A model generated the notes under the pieces. That model worked only from the letters and a program-made list of their open reading frames with translations, had not been told where the DNA came from and did not search any database. This document shows, one piece after another, positions 29,785 to 43,266 of a DNA stretch of 64,000 bases. Position numbers and translations under genes: made by a program. The DNA comes from Eledone cirrhosa. Its lineage: Eukaryota. Position 1 is the stretch's first letter, and every line of letters begins with the position of its first letter. The DNA lies in NCBI GenBank assembly GCA_964016885.1, contig OZ024749.1:46252001-46316000 (forward strand), written 5' to 3'.

Positions 29785-30521
29785 TTTTAACAAAAAGATG
29801 AATTAGCGTATGATATGGAACTCCGTTGAAAAGTCACGCGCGCTCCGAAGGCAGGAAAGGCGGGGATGGGTCAGCCATCGGTGTATCCATAGCGGATTAA
29901 AGATTTGGATTTCGCTGCATTGAAACAAATCACTGCTTGAAATTATCGGTCACGAGTCTTACTGGCCGATTAAAAGCTTGCTTCCTTTTACTTCTTCTTT
30001 TCAGCGTCTCCCCTCTCCCTACACAACATCCACTTCATTCATCTCCCTCCTCTTCATATCATTACTCTCATCTTTTCACCCTCCTCATCCATTTTTACCA
30101 CTGCCACCACCTTCAATATTTTTTTTTTTTCCATTGACACCAACACTACTAACAACAATACCACGGTCAGATCCTCTACCACAGCTATGATAAATTACGT
30201 TGGCATTCATCTGCTAGAAATAGCAGTCACATCTCTCTCGATTCAAACCTGCATCCAGTAATGAAAAAGTCATTGGATAAAGTGGTTCTCTACTCCTCTG
30301 GCGTAGTAAAAAAGAGGGATGTTCTTTGCTGGAATGTCATTCCTCATACAGCTTTTCGATTAGATATGACATGGGATTAAACAAATAAAATCAAGCATCA
30401 TCATCAACATTAATACACATACAATCATCTGAAGTACCATCAGCCCTAATAACATCAACCAGAACTCTAATAACATCAACATCACCACCAACAACAAAGG
30501 CAAAAGCAACACAGCAACACA

Positions 30522-30552
<31 letters not shown>

Positions 30553-31936
30553 CTACCATTAGCTTTATACCCATCACGAAAACTACCACCAATACTGAAA
30601 CACACGAAAACACCACTGGTATCGCAACTAGTATCGCAGCTATAACAACAGCTACTCTCACTAACATTACGAATATTACCAACCAGACCGAAACCACCAT
30701 AACATGTGAATCATTGATAAATAGGTAGATAGATAAATAGATGGGTAAATAGGTGCCTGGACTGTTTATTGTTTAGAAAGACGGACTTGGAGGTGGACGG
30801 TTAGATGGTTAGATGGTTGTGTGGCTGGTTTGATAGATGGAATCATGAAAAATAAGATGGAGGTTTGAATAGAAGGATGGATAGCTAGCTAACTAGAAGG
30901 ATGGATAGCTGATAGCTAGCTAGGTAGATGGATGGATAACTAGCTAACTGGAAAGATGGATAGCTAGCTAGCTAGAAGGATGGATACAAACGAGCTAGAT
31001 AGACGGATGGAATTAATGGCTGGATAGTATGACTGTGTATGAGTGGTTGGATGGCTAGAAGTTTTGATTGGCAAGCTGATTGGCTGGTTAGATGGATGGA
31101 TTGATGGGTGCATGGTGAGAAGGGTTGATGTTTCATTTTATGAATTATTCGATCAATAAATTGCTGAACGTTTGAATGGTTGGGCGGGTGGATATATGTC
31201 CGTGGTGTAGATGGAATGAAGATCGAATGGCTGGTTTGATAAATGGATAGATAATCAGATGGTTGGGTGGTTGGGCATATAATCGAATGACTGGGTGGAT
31301 GGTTGGTCTGATCGTTGGTTGATTTGGTGGATTGGTGGAAGATAAATTAGAATTTTCTTTCTTTTACCTTCGATCTCTGTTCAACATCCTTTGCTAAACA
31401 GTGATTTTTGTTGACCCTGGTCATACTATTATTGTTGTTGTTGTTGTATTTGTTGTTTATGTAGTTGTTGTATTTGGTGTTGTATTTTTTATCCTGTTGT
31501 TGCTGGTGTTGATGAGTTTGTGTTTTATTAATAATGTTATTGGTATTAATATTGGTGCAGTTGTTTTTTCCTGTTATGCACATGTCGTTGATGCCACTAC
31601 TGTTATTGATGTTCTTATTGTTGCTGTTGCTGTCTTCTTTCGTCATTTTGGGGAGGTTTTTGAACTGTTGTTGTTGTGGTTTTTGTTTTTATTGTTGTTG
31701 TCGTGATTCTAGTTGTTCCCGCTGTTGTTATTTACGTCATTAAAAAACATTGGTTATAACAAGCAAACACCTTTGTTAGTGTGAATCCTGATCCGGCGGT
31801 GTTTTGTGCATTTAGGGTCAGCTAAATGACGATAGACAATGATAAAGATGTGGACGGTGTGAGCTAGCAGCGGGGAAAGTAGGGGAGGGGGTCTCCGTCA
31901 CACATAAAGCTGTAATCCGAGAAAGTCTATGAATAG

Positions 31937-32029
<93 letters not shown>

Positions 32030-32489
32030 CTTTCCTTACATATATATGTACTTACATATATATACATACATACTTATATATATGTGTATGTGTGTGTGTG
32101 TGTGTGTCTCTTTATACATATGTGTGTATTTCGGTGTGTATATATGTGTGGGTCAAGACATATTCCTATGTCTGCATGTGTCTATGTTATTTTCACGACA
32201 ATTGTTTATGTATGTGCATGTATGTGCATTGCGTTCGTATGCGTTTGAGTAGATATTTAGATGTTTATTTGTGTTTGTTTATAGAGCTGCGTGTATTTAC
32301 ATGCATATAATGAGTGGGTGTGTATTTTTGGTGCATTTAGGTTTATTTGTCTGTGCGTGCTGTAGTGAATATGACTGTATGATTATATGTATATTTGCTT
32401 ATTGGTTCATTCAATGGCGTTTGGGTATATGTTCACATGTATGTTTGTGTTTCATTGTGCATGTGTGTGTGTATATATATATATATGTA

Positions 32490-32536
<47 letters not shown>

Positions 32537-32537
32537 T

Positions 32538-32641
<104 letters not shown>

Positions 32642-32707
32642 AATATGTATATATGTATATAAATATATAAATATATACATATATATATATACATACATAA
32701 ATATGTA

Positions 32708-32779
<72 letters not shown>

Positions 32780-32801
32780 TGTATATATGTATATATGTGT
32801 A

Positions 32802-32879
<78 letters not shown>

Positions 32880-33504
32880 TATATGCATATATGCATATGT
32901 GTGTGTGTGTTTGTTTATTTATTGTATGTACATGTGTGTGCATGTGCCTTTGTATTTGTGCATATGCATACGCATTCCTGTGTGTATATATATATATATA
33001 TATACATATATTTGTGTATGTGTGTCGCTGTGCATTAATGAGAGTTTAAAAGACAAAATGATTCTTCTTATTATTATTTTAGTTTTTATTCTATCCTTTT
33101 ATTTTCAAGTCTTAAATCTTATTACGGGTAGATTATTGTTGTTGGTGTTGTTGTTGTTTGTGTCGGTGGTGGTGCGCGTCCGGTATTAATTCTTTTCAAA
33201 TGAAAATGTTATTAGCCTAAATACTGTGATATATGTTGTTTTTGTTACCGTGGGTTCTTATTGTTGTTGTTATTGTAGTTATTTTCCCTGCCGATATTTT
33301 TTTTGCTATTGAAGCCCGTGGTGTTGATGCTGTCGTAGTAATTGTTGTTGTAATTCTTCTTGCTGTTGTAGTTCCTTGCGTTGTTGTTGTTGTTGTTGTT
33401 TTGTTATTATTTTGTGGCAATTGTTTTTTTTTTAAATATTCATTTTTTTGGTTAATGATGTTGCTATTGTATTTCCTTTTTCTTGGTTATGTTTTGCTAT
33501 TAAT

Positions 33505-33542
<38 letters not shown>

Positions 33543-33811
33543 CTTTCGTTTTATTTGAGATTTGGTTGCTATTGTTGTTGCTGCTATTGTAGTTCTTTAT
33601 GTAGATGATGTTCTTGATATTCTTGCTGTTGTTGCTATTTTATTTCTCCTTGATGATAGTTATTGTTGTTTATGTTGTTGTTGTTGATGTGGTTATACAT
33701 CTTTTGTCTGTGCCGTTGTATGACACCTTCCTTTCTTGCAGGTTTTTTATGGATTTGATTCAAGGTTCTGCACTTTACAAAGAAGGAATAACATATTTCA
33801 TAACTTATAAT

Positions 33812-34210
33812 AATAATTGTATCTAAATTTGGCACAAGGCCAACAATTTTAGGGGGAAATGAATGTCGATTAAATCAACCCCAGAGCGTTACTGGTACTT
33901 TAATTTATTGAGAATGAAAGGCAAAGCTAAACTGGGCGGGATTTGAACTCAAGACGTAAAGAGATGTAACTATATGCCGTAAAGCATATTGCTCGATGTT
34001 CTAATGATTTCTAATTCAGTCACAAGTTCTGCAATTTGGACGAAGGTGAGAGTCGATTATATCTACCCCAGTACTTAACTGGTATTTTTATTTTATCGAC
34101 CTCGGAAGAATGAAAGGCAAAGTTTACAGCGGCTTGTTTTGAATATATAGGACCGTAAAGAAGAAACGCGAAGCATTTTCTCCTCTAGCAGACGCTTTCA
34201 TGATTCTGTC
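33812..34210 (-). mobile_element. Two adjacent older long-variant SINE copies
   Basis: ggcacaaggccaacaatt...tactggtact...gaaaggcaaag occurs twice. Confidence 0.75.
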
Positions 34211-34399
34211 AAAATGTAACTGCCTCTGCACTAAATGTACATTACCGTAACACATGTAATGTGACAGTTCAGAGTATATTGTTAGGGATTGTTAGAAATT
34301 ACACTTTGTAGCATTTCTTTTATCAAAAGCCAAACCGTTATGTTTGCCAATGTTGCCAATGTTGTTGTTATTATGACCCTTGGTCAGGTGAGGTAATGA

Positions 34400-34530
34400 A
34401 GATGCGTGGCTTACGGTTAGGGTGTCCGCCTTACGATTTTCAAGCTGCGAGTTAGATACATGGTGACACATTGTCTCCTTGCGCAAGATATTTTACTTCA
34501 CGTTGCTTCAGTTTTCTCAACCGGAAAAAA
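34400..34530 (+). mobile_element. Decayed CORE-like tRNA SINE (different family)
   Basis: gcgtggcttacggttaggg head and tgtctccttgcgcaagatattttacttcacgttgcttcagt, resembling the CORE domain. Confidence 0.55.
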
Positions 34531-34639
34531 ATATTTATATATATAATTCATTGGCCAACTTCATCACATAATGCATGACGCTGAATTCTCTTGATTACTC
34601 TTTGGATGCTACACTTGACTCTGGAATACCCAACCACTT

Positions 34640-34960
34640 GGATATTTGTTTCACGAGAAATCTGTTCGAATAACTCGAACGCTCATCGTCGTATCCGATG
34701 GAGGTCCAACATGCAGTCAAGGTAATATTAGAAACGTTCTGTAATGTGGTGCATTTACAAATTCACTCGAAAGCATTGGATTCCAGTTATTATTTCAAAT
34801 GTCGCAGAGATAAATTGTGCTTTCCATTCTTCCTAGGTCGATCAAATATGGTACCAACATCGACTTCATATCGCTTCCCATCAAATTGATGAACTTGGTC
34901 CTAATTCAGAAGCCACTAATATAGTTACCAATCGTAAATTCCGAGTAATTTAATTTTAGA
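34640..34960 (-). pseudogene. Possible decayed Tc1-like transposase N-terminus
   Basis: Minus-strand RYEVDVGTIFDRPRKNGK resembles KFE.TG.V.D..RSGRP. Confidence 0.3.
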
Positions 34961-35223
34961 TAATGTATTTTCAAGTATATTATGTAAGGATCCCTTCAAA
35001 AGTGAAGAACGAAGATGTTGGGTTACCATTGTTGAAGTTATTGTTATTGTTGTAGCAACTATTAAAAATAATCAAACAAAGACACGCACACACCTTCGTA
35101 CGGACATACATTCCTACAAACGCGCAAAAAACACACTAACACACTCATCTTGCCCACAAATCAAACTAGAATTTATGTACATAGAGACTCACAAAAATGT
35201 GCAAACGCAATCAAACATGTTCA

Positions 35224-35323
<100 letters not shown>

Positions 35324-35500
35324 CATACAAATACTAAGCTTCTATAAAATGCTTACTAAACACATTCACACACACACAGGCAGAAAGACACGCGCACATG
35401 AGTATGACGGATACAAAAAATCACTCCGTATACATATAAGAGTTAAATTCTCTAGAAATAGATCAATACACACACACATACACGCACACGCACGCACACT

Positions 35501-35546
<46 letters not shown>

Positions 35547-35786
35547 CACACATACACATACACACACTCGTAATATAATATATATATATATAAACACACA
35601 CATATATATATATATATACTCATTTATATATATGTATGCACATATACATATACATGCCGGAATAACAAAACTTTCAGAAAGATTTCTTCACTAGGGGGAG
35701 TTAAATGAAGTGATTTCCTTTGCCTGGGATTCTAATTTAGTTACTGGTGGTGTAAATCTTTCTAAGTGTCTGTATGTGAGTATCTA

Positions 35787-35834
<48 letters not shown>

Positions 35835-36083
35835 CGTGTCCTTTTGTTTGCGTGTGTAGGGCTGGGTGTGTATGTGCGTGTGTGTTAGGTTATAAAATGT
35901 CGCCTTAATTGCCTCAGCTTTTGTGTGAAGATCCTGCCGCAAATTTTCCTTTTTTATTTTTCATGACTTATATTTTATTTATTTGATTGCTTCACCACAA
36001 TCACGCCATGCTGTTCCGCTCTCCAGCATCCTTCAACCTACACATAGTATATGTAATATTCTCTAGCCCTTCATCTAGTTCTC

Positions 36084-36150
<67 letters not shown>

Positions 36151-36947
36151 CATATATATATGTGTATATATGTATATATATATATATATACACATACATA
36201 TATATATATATAAAAGAGTGTCTATCAAAATGGGTGTTTTTCACGTCATGAGTATCGGTTTATGCGTATATATATATGTATGTATGTGTGTGTGTGTGTG
36301 TGTATACACTGCTAGCGCCGTATTCCGGTTGACCAAACAGCCCTTAGTAACAGAGCAAACATCTTCCTGTAAGACCAATGGCACTGTCACCATCATTATC
36401 ATCTCTATCATCACTCCAATAGTTTTACAACCTCCACCAGAATTATCAGCACCAGCTCCACTATTGTTAACACGACGAGAAGCAGACCAATACGATCACC
36501 ATCATACTCGACACCACCGTTGCTTAAAGCAGTATCTACAGCACCACACACATCTTACAACAATACCAACCACATCCATAACATGAGCTAATGCAGGAGC
36601 CAATCTCATAAGCTAAACGACACATACGGAAAGATTATAGTCAATGATAAGGCCCTACACCCAATATCTATATTCCTCATCTGGTAGAATCAAGCCTTTC
36701 CTAAGCACGTAAGCAAAATATATGGAATATCTGTACTTAAGAATCGATCTTTGGGCGTAGATTCGATGTGCTTAGAAATAGGCAACCATGGTGGCGTCTT
36801 CATTAATGTTTCTTACTATAGTATGTGATGATCAGGGTGGTGTATTGGCAGTTTCGGTAAAGCATCGGAGAAAATGCTTCACTGTGTTTATATTTAACAT
36901 TGTACGTTCTGACTTCAATATATATATATATTATATTAGATTAGATT

Positions 36948-37125
36948 TTGGCAGTATTGGTAGAAAGGTCGGACATGCTTTCCAGCGTAGTTACGTCCCT
37001 TTACGACCTGAGTTCAATTCCTGCCGAGGTTAACTTTGCCTTTCATCCTTATGGGGTCGATAAAATAAAGTACCAGTAATGTACTTGTTAATTGCTGGCC
37101 TTGTGGCAAAAGTAGAAACAATTAT
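36948..37125 (+). mobile_element. SINE copy (preceded by a decayed SINE head at ~36836-36912)
   Basis: Matches the family consensus. Confidence 0.85.
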
Positions 37126-37133
37126 ACTAGATT

Positions 37134-37181
<48 letters not shown>

Positions 37182-37910
37182 TTCTACATGTGAGTATGTA
37201 TGCATGCCTATTTGTACGTGTGTACGTATGAATGTGTTAATCTATATGTTTATAAAGGTGTGTATGCATATATGCGTATATATATATATATATATATGCA
37301 TGTATCTACGTATGTGTGCATATATGTATAGGTTGTCTCTATTATATTTGTGTAGATGTAAGTCTCCAGCGCTTAATTTCTTTATCTGCCCCCCCCCCTC
37401 CCCTCCTCTATATCTCTTTCTTTCTCTCTCTCTCGCTCTCAATGCCATCATCTCTCTATTGACTTCTGTCTGTCATACACTCTTTCTCTCTCTCTTTCAT
37501 TGTCTTTCTCTTACCATTCCCCTTCTCTCTCACTCTCTCTCATTAGCTCTGCTAGTCAACCATTCACGCCATTTTACAACGTCGTAAATCGCCGCCAAAC
37601 TTCACCATAAATTTTCATGGCCACAAAACGATTTGTTCTTTCCGGTCATCTCATTTCATCAGTCTAAGCTGTCTGTCCTTTGTTCTCTACGTGTGTATGT
37701 ATGTATGTTTGCAAGTATGTATGTATGTATGCATGTATGCAATTATCTATTTATGTATGTATGCAAGTATGTTTGTATTCATATATGTATGCAGACAATA
37801 TGTGTGTATGTGTATATATATATATGTGTATGTGCGTGTGTGTGTGTGTATATATATACGTATATATATATATGTATATATATATATAAATATATATATA
37901 TGTGTGTAAA

Positions 37911-38064
37911 TGAAGTAATTCCGTCGGAAAAGTCCAGGAAAAAAGAGTGCTCTATGTAGGTAACAGAGCTTAATAGTTATGTAATAAACAACATAAGGCA
38001 ATTATTCCATTTACCAGTGGTTTCTTAAAAGCCAAAAAATTTGCTTTCAATCATCAGAATGAAA
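37911..38064 (-). mobile_element. Hammerhead-containing putative Penelope-like 3' end (pLTR), family B
   Basis: Ribozyme followed by ~95 nt and then a TA/CA tract; homologous to 42132-42240 (aagta.ttccg...ggaaaa.agagtgctctatgta...aacaaca.aag...tccatt.acca). Confidence 0.55.
38005..38064 (-). ncRNA. Type I hammerhead ribozyme (left arm of palindrome 37973-38158)
   Basis: Minus strand: tttcatt-CTGATGA-ttgaaagcaaattttttggcttttaa-GAAA-ccactgg-TA-aatggaa. All core nucleotides are intact. Confidence 0.8.
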
Positions 38065-38066
38065 AA

Positions 38067-38126
38067 TTTCATTCTGATGATTGAAAGCAAAGTTTTTTGC
38101 TTTTAAGAAACCACTGGTAAATGGAA
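38067..38126 (+). ncRNA. Type I hammerhead ribozyme (right arm of palindrome 37973-38158)
   Basis: tttcatt-CTGATGA-[ttgaaagcaaa gttt tttgcttttaa]-GAAA-ccactgg-TA-aatggaa. Stem I is 7 bp, stem II 11 bp, short stem III cc/gg. Predicted cleavage after GUA at 38119. Confidence 0.85.
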
Positions 38127-38151
38127 TAATTGTCTTATGTTGTTTATTACA

Positions 38152-38195
<44 letters not shown>

Positions 38196-38224
38196 AGTGT
38201 GTGTGAATGTACGTCTGTCTTTTT

Positions 38225-38410
38225 CGGTGGATTGGCACTATCGGTAGAGGGTCGGACGCCATGCTTTCAAGCATAGTTACGTCCCTTTACGATCTGAGTT
38301 CAAATCCCGCCGAGGTTGACTTTGCTTTTCATCCTGACGGGGTCGATAAAATAAAGTACCAGTAATGCACTGGGTAATTGCTGGCCTTGTGCCTAAAGTA
38401 GAAACAAGTA
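38225..38410 (+). mobile_element. Full-length SINE
   Basis: Matches the family consensus. Confidence 0.9.
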
Positions 38411-38639
38411 TTTCTGCTCTTCTGATGATATATGTCCATTTCACAGTGTCTCTTCTATCCTACATCTCCAATATTTTACTGGTATTTTATTTTGTCGCCT
38501 CTTGGTGGCTGACAAGTAATGTTGGCCACGGCTATATTTGAAACCAGAATATTAAACGACAGTAACTAACTTATAGCCCAGCATTGTGTCCCTCGAGGTA
38601 ACGATTTTGCCAACATCGTTCTCAGAGTGAAGTTGTAGG

Positions 38640-38930
38640 TGGATGATTTTTTCTGAGAATTTTCCTGCAATTACATTTAAATTTTGCTCAACCTTCTTAT
38701 AAAATGATACTTTGGATAATGTCGACCTGCATTACGAAGGAAAGAGACTGTGATACTGGTAGAGGTTAGCAAACGATAACTGATACCCATCGTATACACT
38801 AACCTACGACATTTATATAAAATCTCTCTACTATAGCTTCGAGTCAGTACAAATGTTGTAAGTGAAATTAAATCATCAGAAGTGCGATATTCAATCAATA
38901 TGGCTTTTATTTTAGGGTCCTCTGTGTTAA
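38640..38930 (-). pseudogene. Decayed Penelope-like reverse transcriptase fragment
   Basis: ORF 38677-38898 (DLISLTTFVLTRSY...LYKC..VYTMG...PKYHFIRRLSKI) resembles PLE RT L...VL..NYF....Y.Q..G.AMG...P....RYVDDI. Confidence 0.35.
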
Positions 38931-40026
38931 GTGCTGGAAATGCTTATCAGTGGCTGAAGCCTTTCTTTTCTTTATTTTCTTCCCTACATTTATTTTTAAT
39001 CGTTCTTCTCACCAAATGTTTTCCAATCTTTATATTTTACTCTTTCATTCTCTCATTTCATTTATCATTCGTATACTTTCTTCTTTCATACATAAATTCA
39101 TTCTTTCATTGCTTGTTTTTCATTAATCCTCTATTTTTGTAATTCATCGACGTATTTCACCCATTCTTCAGCATTCTACTGGAATTATTCACCTATAAAT
39201 TAATTCAATCTATCAATATCTCCATCCTTCTTTAGTTCATTCACTCTTTCTTTCACTCTCTTTCATTCATTTATCTATTCGAAATATATTTTTTTAATGT
39301 CATTCTTTACGTTTTTCATTCTATCTTGGAATTTTTATATCTTAATTCTTTTGTTTATGTCATTCATTCAATATATTCTTTCTTTCTTCTTCAATTATTT
39401 CTTTCATTTTTATTCTTTTTATCTTTATTTCGGTTTTTCTTTCTTTCTTTCGTTCCATATATATATATATCTTTCATTCCTTTTAGATTGTTATTTACTT
39501 TCTTTCATTCCGTCTCATTATTTACTGTTTCTCTTCCATCATAATGTCCTTCATTGCTCTGCTAATGAACTCCACTATAGCACCAAACCTGTCATACAAC
39601 AACACCACAGAGCCAACCACAAATCACCAAATAAAACAAAGCTTTCCATCATCACCACCACCACCGCCACCACAACCACAACCGCCGCCACCATCACCAC
39701 AACCACGACAACCACCACCACCACCACCACCATCACCACCTCTATCACCACCACTATCACCACCACCACCACCACCACCACCATGTGCACCCCTAACATC
39801 ACCTCTAAGAACAACAACACCACCACCGCCAAAACAACAACAGCACCATCACATCTACCAACAACAAAATGAATAACAACAACAGTAGAGACAATACAAA
39901 GAAAGACATACAACATACATTACATCAACAACAGCGACAACAAAAACAACAGCAACAACAACAACAAGGTCATTAGTAACAGCTTTGACAACAAAAACCA
40001 ACAATGGAATCGGCTCAGGCTATATG

Positions 40027-40218
40027 TGGTCACTCGTCCTGCTAGAAATAGCAGCCAAAGTTTCTTTAATTCACACTACACGAACTTAGAAGAGGACACA
40101 CTGCATAACATTGTTCTAGAAACACTACACACGGGAAATATACACGTGGGTCACGTCTGGAGTGCCTTTCATCACTGGTCTACTCGAGCAAGGCTGACCT
40201 GGGGCTCAACAACAAACA
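40027..40218 (+). mobile_element. Dispersed repeat 'ggtcactcg.cctgctagaaatagcagccaaa...gctgacctggggct' (other copies ~14140-14320, ~30200-30385; reverse fragments ~26765-26840, ~47625-47665)
   Basis: Shared ctgctagaaatagcag 5' block and ctggaatgcctttgatcat..ggctgacctgggg.taaacaa 3' block in several copies. Confidence 0.6.
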
Positions 40219-40275
40219 TATTAGTAAAACGAATCATACCTATCACAATATATCATCATCACCATCACCATGTTC

Positions 40276-40306
<31 letters not shown>

Positions 40307-41232
40307 GCAGACTTTGAAGAAGTATAACGATGACAACAACAACCACAACAACATAATTATCAATAACAACAACAGCAACAACTATAACAACGACTACAAC
40401 AACAACAACAACAGCAATAATCACGATAACAACAGCAACCGAATTGGTGACAACAATAACAATAACAACAACATCAACAATAATAATAATAATAATGTTA
40501 ATAAATTTCAAGTGGTTACCTAGGAAACAGCAATATTGTATAGTGCTGATGTTAGTGGAGATAGCATTAATGTTGTTGTTGTTTGTGGTGTGGCTGTTAG
40601 GGGATTATGTGGTCGTTGTGGTGGTGATGGTGGTAGTGATGAGGGGTTAGTGGTTATGGTGCTGCCTTTGGTGGTGACGGTGACAGTGGTGTTGGTAGTG
40701 GTTGTGGTTGTGGTAGTGATAATGGTGATAGGTGTGATGTTGATAATGATGGTAGTGTTTAGGCCAGCTAAACTGTGGTGGTTTCGAACCCAGGCCATCC
40801 AGTATTTTCCCTACATATATATAGGGCGCAGACCTACATCGTAATGTCATTTGATCGAGGTTTGGTTAATATTTCTAGCAAACAAATTTACCATTAAAAG
40901 CCCCTTCATTGGTTTGACTTGATGATGGTGTTGGTATGGTGGTGAAGTAGAGTCGGTGATAGTGGAGATGGTGGTATAGGTGGTACTAATGGACGGTGAG
41001 ATCATCTAAGCTGATCGGACTGTAAGCGGTTGCTAAATCCGTGACTGTTGCCACAACCGGTACATATATTTCTCAGTAATTAACGTCACCCTCGTCTACA
41101 CAGATCATCACAAGAAAAAAAAAAAACGGTTCACAGAGTCCAGTCTCTTACAACATATATTTCTTACTGTCACATAGGTTGGCAATAGAGCGCTGATCTC
41201 GCCCCAAACACTCAAGCACATCAACGATAGTT

Positions 41233-41420
41233 GTGGATTGGCAGTATCGGTAGAGGGTCGGACGCCATGCTTTGACGCATAGAGTTACGGCCTTTGCCAT
41301 TCTGAGTTCAAATAACGCCGAGGTTAACTTTACCTTTCTTCCTTACGGGATCGATAAAATAAAGTAACAGCAATGCCCTGGGATAATTGCTGGCCTTGTG
41401 CCAAAAGTAGAAACAATTAT
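41233..41420 (+). mobile_element. Full-length SINE
   Basis: Matches the family consensus. Confidence 0.9.
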
Positions 41421-41883
41421 TAAAAACATTGACAATGTTGATAAGAAAACTTTCAGCTGAACTGGTCAGCAGAAGGTCATCAGAGAAGAACACACCCTCA
41501 TGTACCCAAAGTAACCTAGTTTGTTTTCTTAGGAAAAATGTTATCCTTTGCTTGCGAGAACATAACCTTCAAAATATTATCCAGCGTTATATAACATATA
41601 TCGAGACATTTAGTCGAAGTCGGCATTATTTTGGGGATATTTCCGATCAGTAAATATAATTCGTGTTATTTTGATATGCAATGTATAATAAAATCTGCTT
41701 CAGATCTAGATGAATATGGTAGACCTGCTCACCAGTTGGGAGATCGTTATGGAAATATAATCAACTTCTGAGAGATTCTTGAAGTGTTTGCTTGTAGTCG
41801 TCTTATTTGAAATTTCTTTTGATCTATTGATTGTTTCTTTCCTCTTTTGATTTCCTCTCGCTTATTTAATGCACGGGAGACAG

Positions 41884-41971
<88 letters not shown>

Positions 41972-42131
41972 AGCGAGAGAGAGAGAGAGGAGTATGTGTG
42001 AGTGTGAGTGTGTGTTGAAGTAAGAAGATGAAATTAATTATAAAGGTCTGATATATACATACTTAAACGCGCACTCACACACGTACACACACACATACAC
42101 ATACACACACACACATATATATATATATATG

Positions 42132-42240
42132 TTAAGTATTTCCGAAGAAAAAGCAAAGGAAAATAGAGTGCTCTATGTATAATACACAGTTGTTTCATTA
42201 GAAAGTGAACAACACAAGATATAACTACTCCATTACCAAA
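42132..42240 (-). mobile_element. Second copy of the family-B 3' end, truncated near the ribozyme cleavage site
   Basis: Aligns by eye to 37911-38016; keeps tggTAatggag (3' part of the hammerhead); abuts (TA)n. Confidence 0.6.
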
Positions 42241-42289
42241 GGGCCCTGAAACCTTGTGTGTATATTTATATTTATATATACTCCAGCAT

Positions 42290-42700
42290 TTTAATGTTGC
42301 AAACGCGTTTATATCGTCATGCCCACTTTGAGGCTTTGAAAACTTGATGGAGAATGATATTTAGATTCATGCTGTTAAGGAACTTCACAATGATTCCCGT
42401 GGCCAATGTCTTGAAGGCGAGTAAATAGGCACTTCTAGAGTGGCAGCAAATCGCCCGTGTTTTACTACTGTTGGTTGATACAGTTTGTTGCAGTATATGC
42501 AGTGTCTTGCGAAGTAAGTATTGTTAGTTGCGATCCCTGGATCGTTATATGAGAGGGACGTTGAGATGTAGTGCTTTTGGTAACGATACCTCCATTGAAA
42601 TGGAATAGTCTGGCAGTGTTCATTGTGTTCCCTCATCTTAACGAATATCCAAGGTGGATAAATATATACTAGATTAGATGTTAGTATCGTATAGTCCTTC
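42290..42700 (-). pseudogene. Decayed GIY-YIG-like endonuclease remnant of a Penelope-like element
   Basis: Translation TSNLVY...QTIPFQWRYRYQK...NNTYFARH, then shifted-frame HCEV.*..ESKYH and A*RYKR. Resembles the PLE endonuclease pattern N.VY...T...FK.RY.NH...N.T.LS/A.H...C.LC..E...CRH. Confidence 0.4.
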
Positions 42701-42954
42701 GGAAAACCATTTGTTTCTATTGCGGTGGCTCTGAAGTCTACGACCATAAATCGGAAGTATCCACATAGAGGACATATAGCAGGGTTTCGTAAATGTTATT
42801 ACATATATATATATTTGAGAATCTAGCTGTCGATACGGCCGGACCTCAGCCGTCGGGGTCCTAACACTTTTCCTATATATACATATATATACATATATAT
42901 ACATATATATATATATGAAGTAAGAATATTTTCGAAACAGCGAGCGAGTTTGAA

Positions 42955-43172
42955 ATATATATACATATATTAGAAATATAAGCTATCGCCGTATTTTGAC
43001 TAAAGAAATTATTTAGCCTGATAGTGGGGTTCAGAACCCTCGGAGAAATGGAAAAAGATGAGTATTGTATGTCAATTCTCATCTTTTTCCATTTCTCCGA
43101 GGGTTCTTAACCCCATCATCAGGCTAAATAATTTCTGTAGTCAAAATACGGCGATAGCTTATATTTCTAATA

Positions 43173-43185
<13 letters not shown>
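42955..43185. repeat. Inverted repeat (~113-bp arms, 5-nt loop) ending in (TA)n
   Basis: attagaaatataagctatcgccg...gatgagtattg tatgt caattctcatc...cggcgatagcttatatttctaat. Confidence 0.95.
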
Positions 43186-43220
<35 letters not shown>

Positions 43221-43266
43221 ATATATATATAATATAAGATCAAAAGATGGTTAAAGGAGTTCCATG

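Larger units (their letters stand above)
37973..38158. repeat. Near-perfect inverted repeat (92-bp arms, 2-nt loop) ending in (TA)n
   Basis: atagttatgtaataaac...cagaatgaaa aa tttcattctg...gtttattacataactat, then tatata. Confidence 0.97.

Noticed and set aside
38823-38885. Minus-strand CTGATGA...GAAG-ctatag-TA
   Set aside because: Weak stems I and II, GAAG instead of GAAA, and it lies within a putative RT remnant; probably chance.
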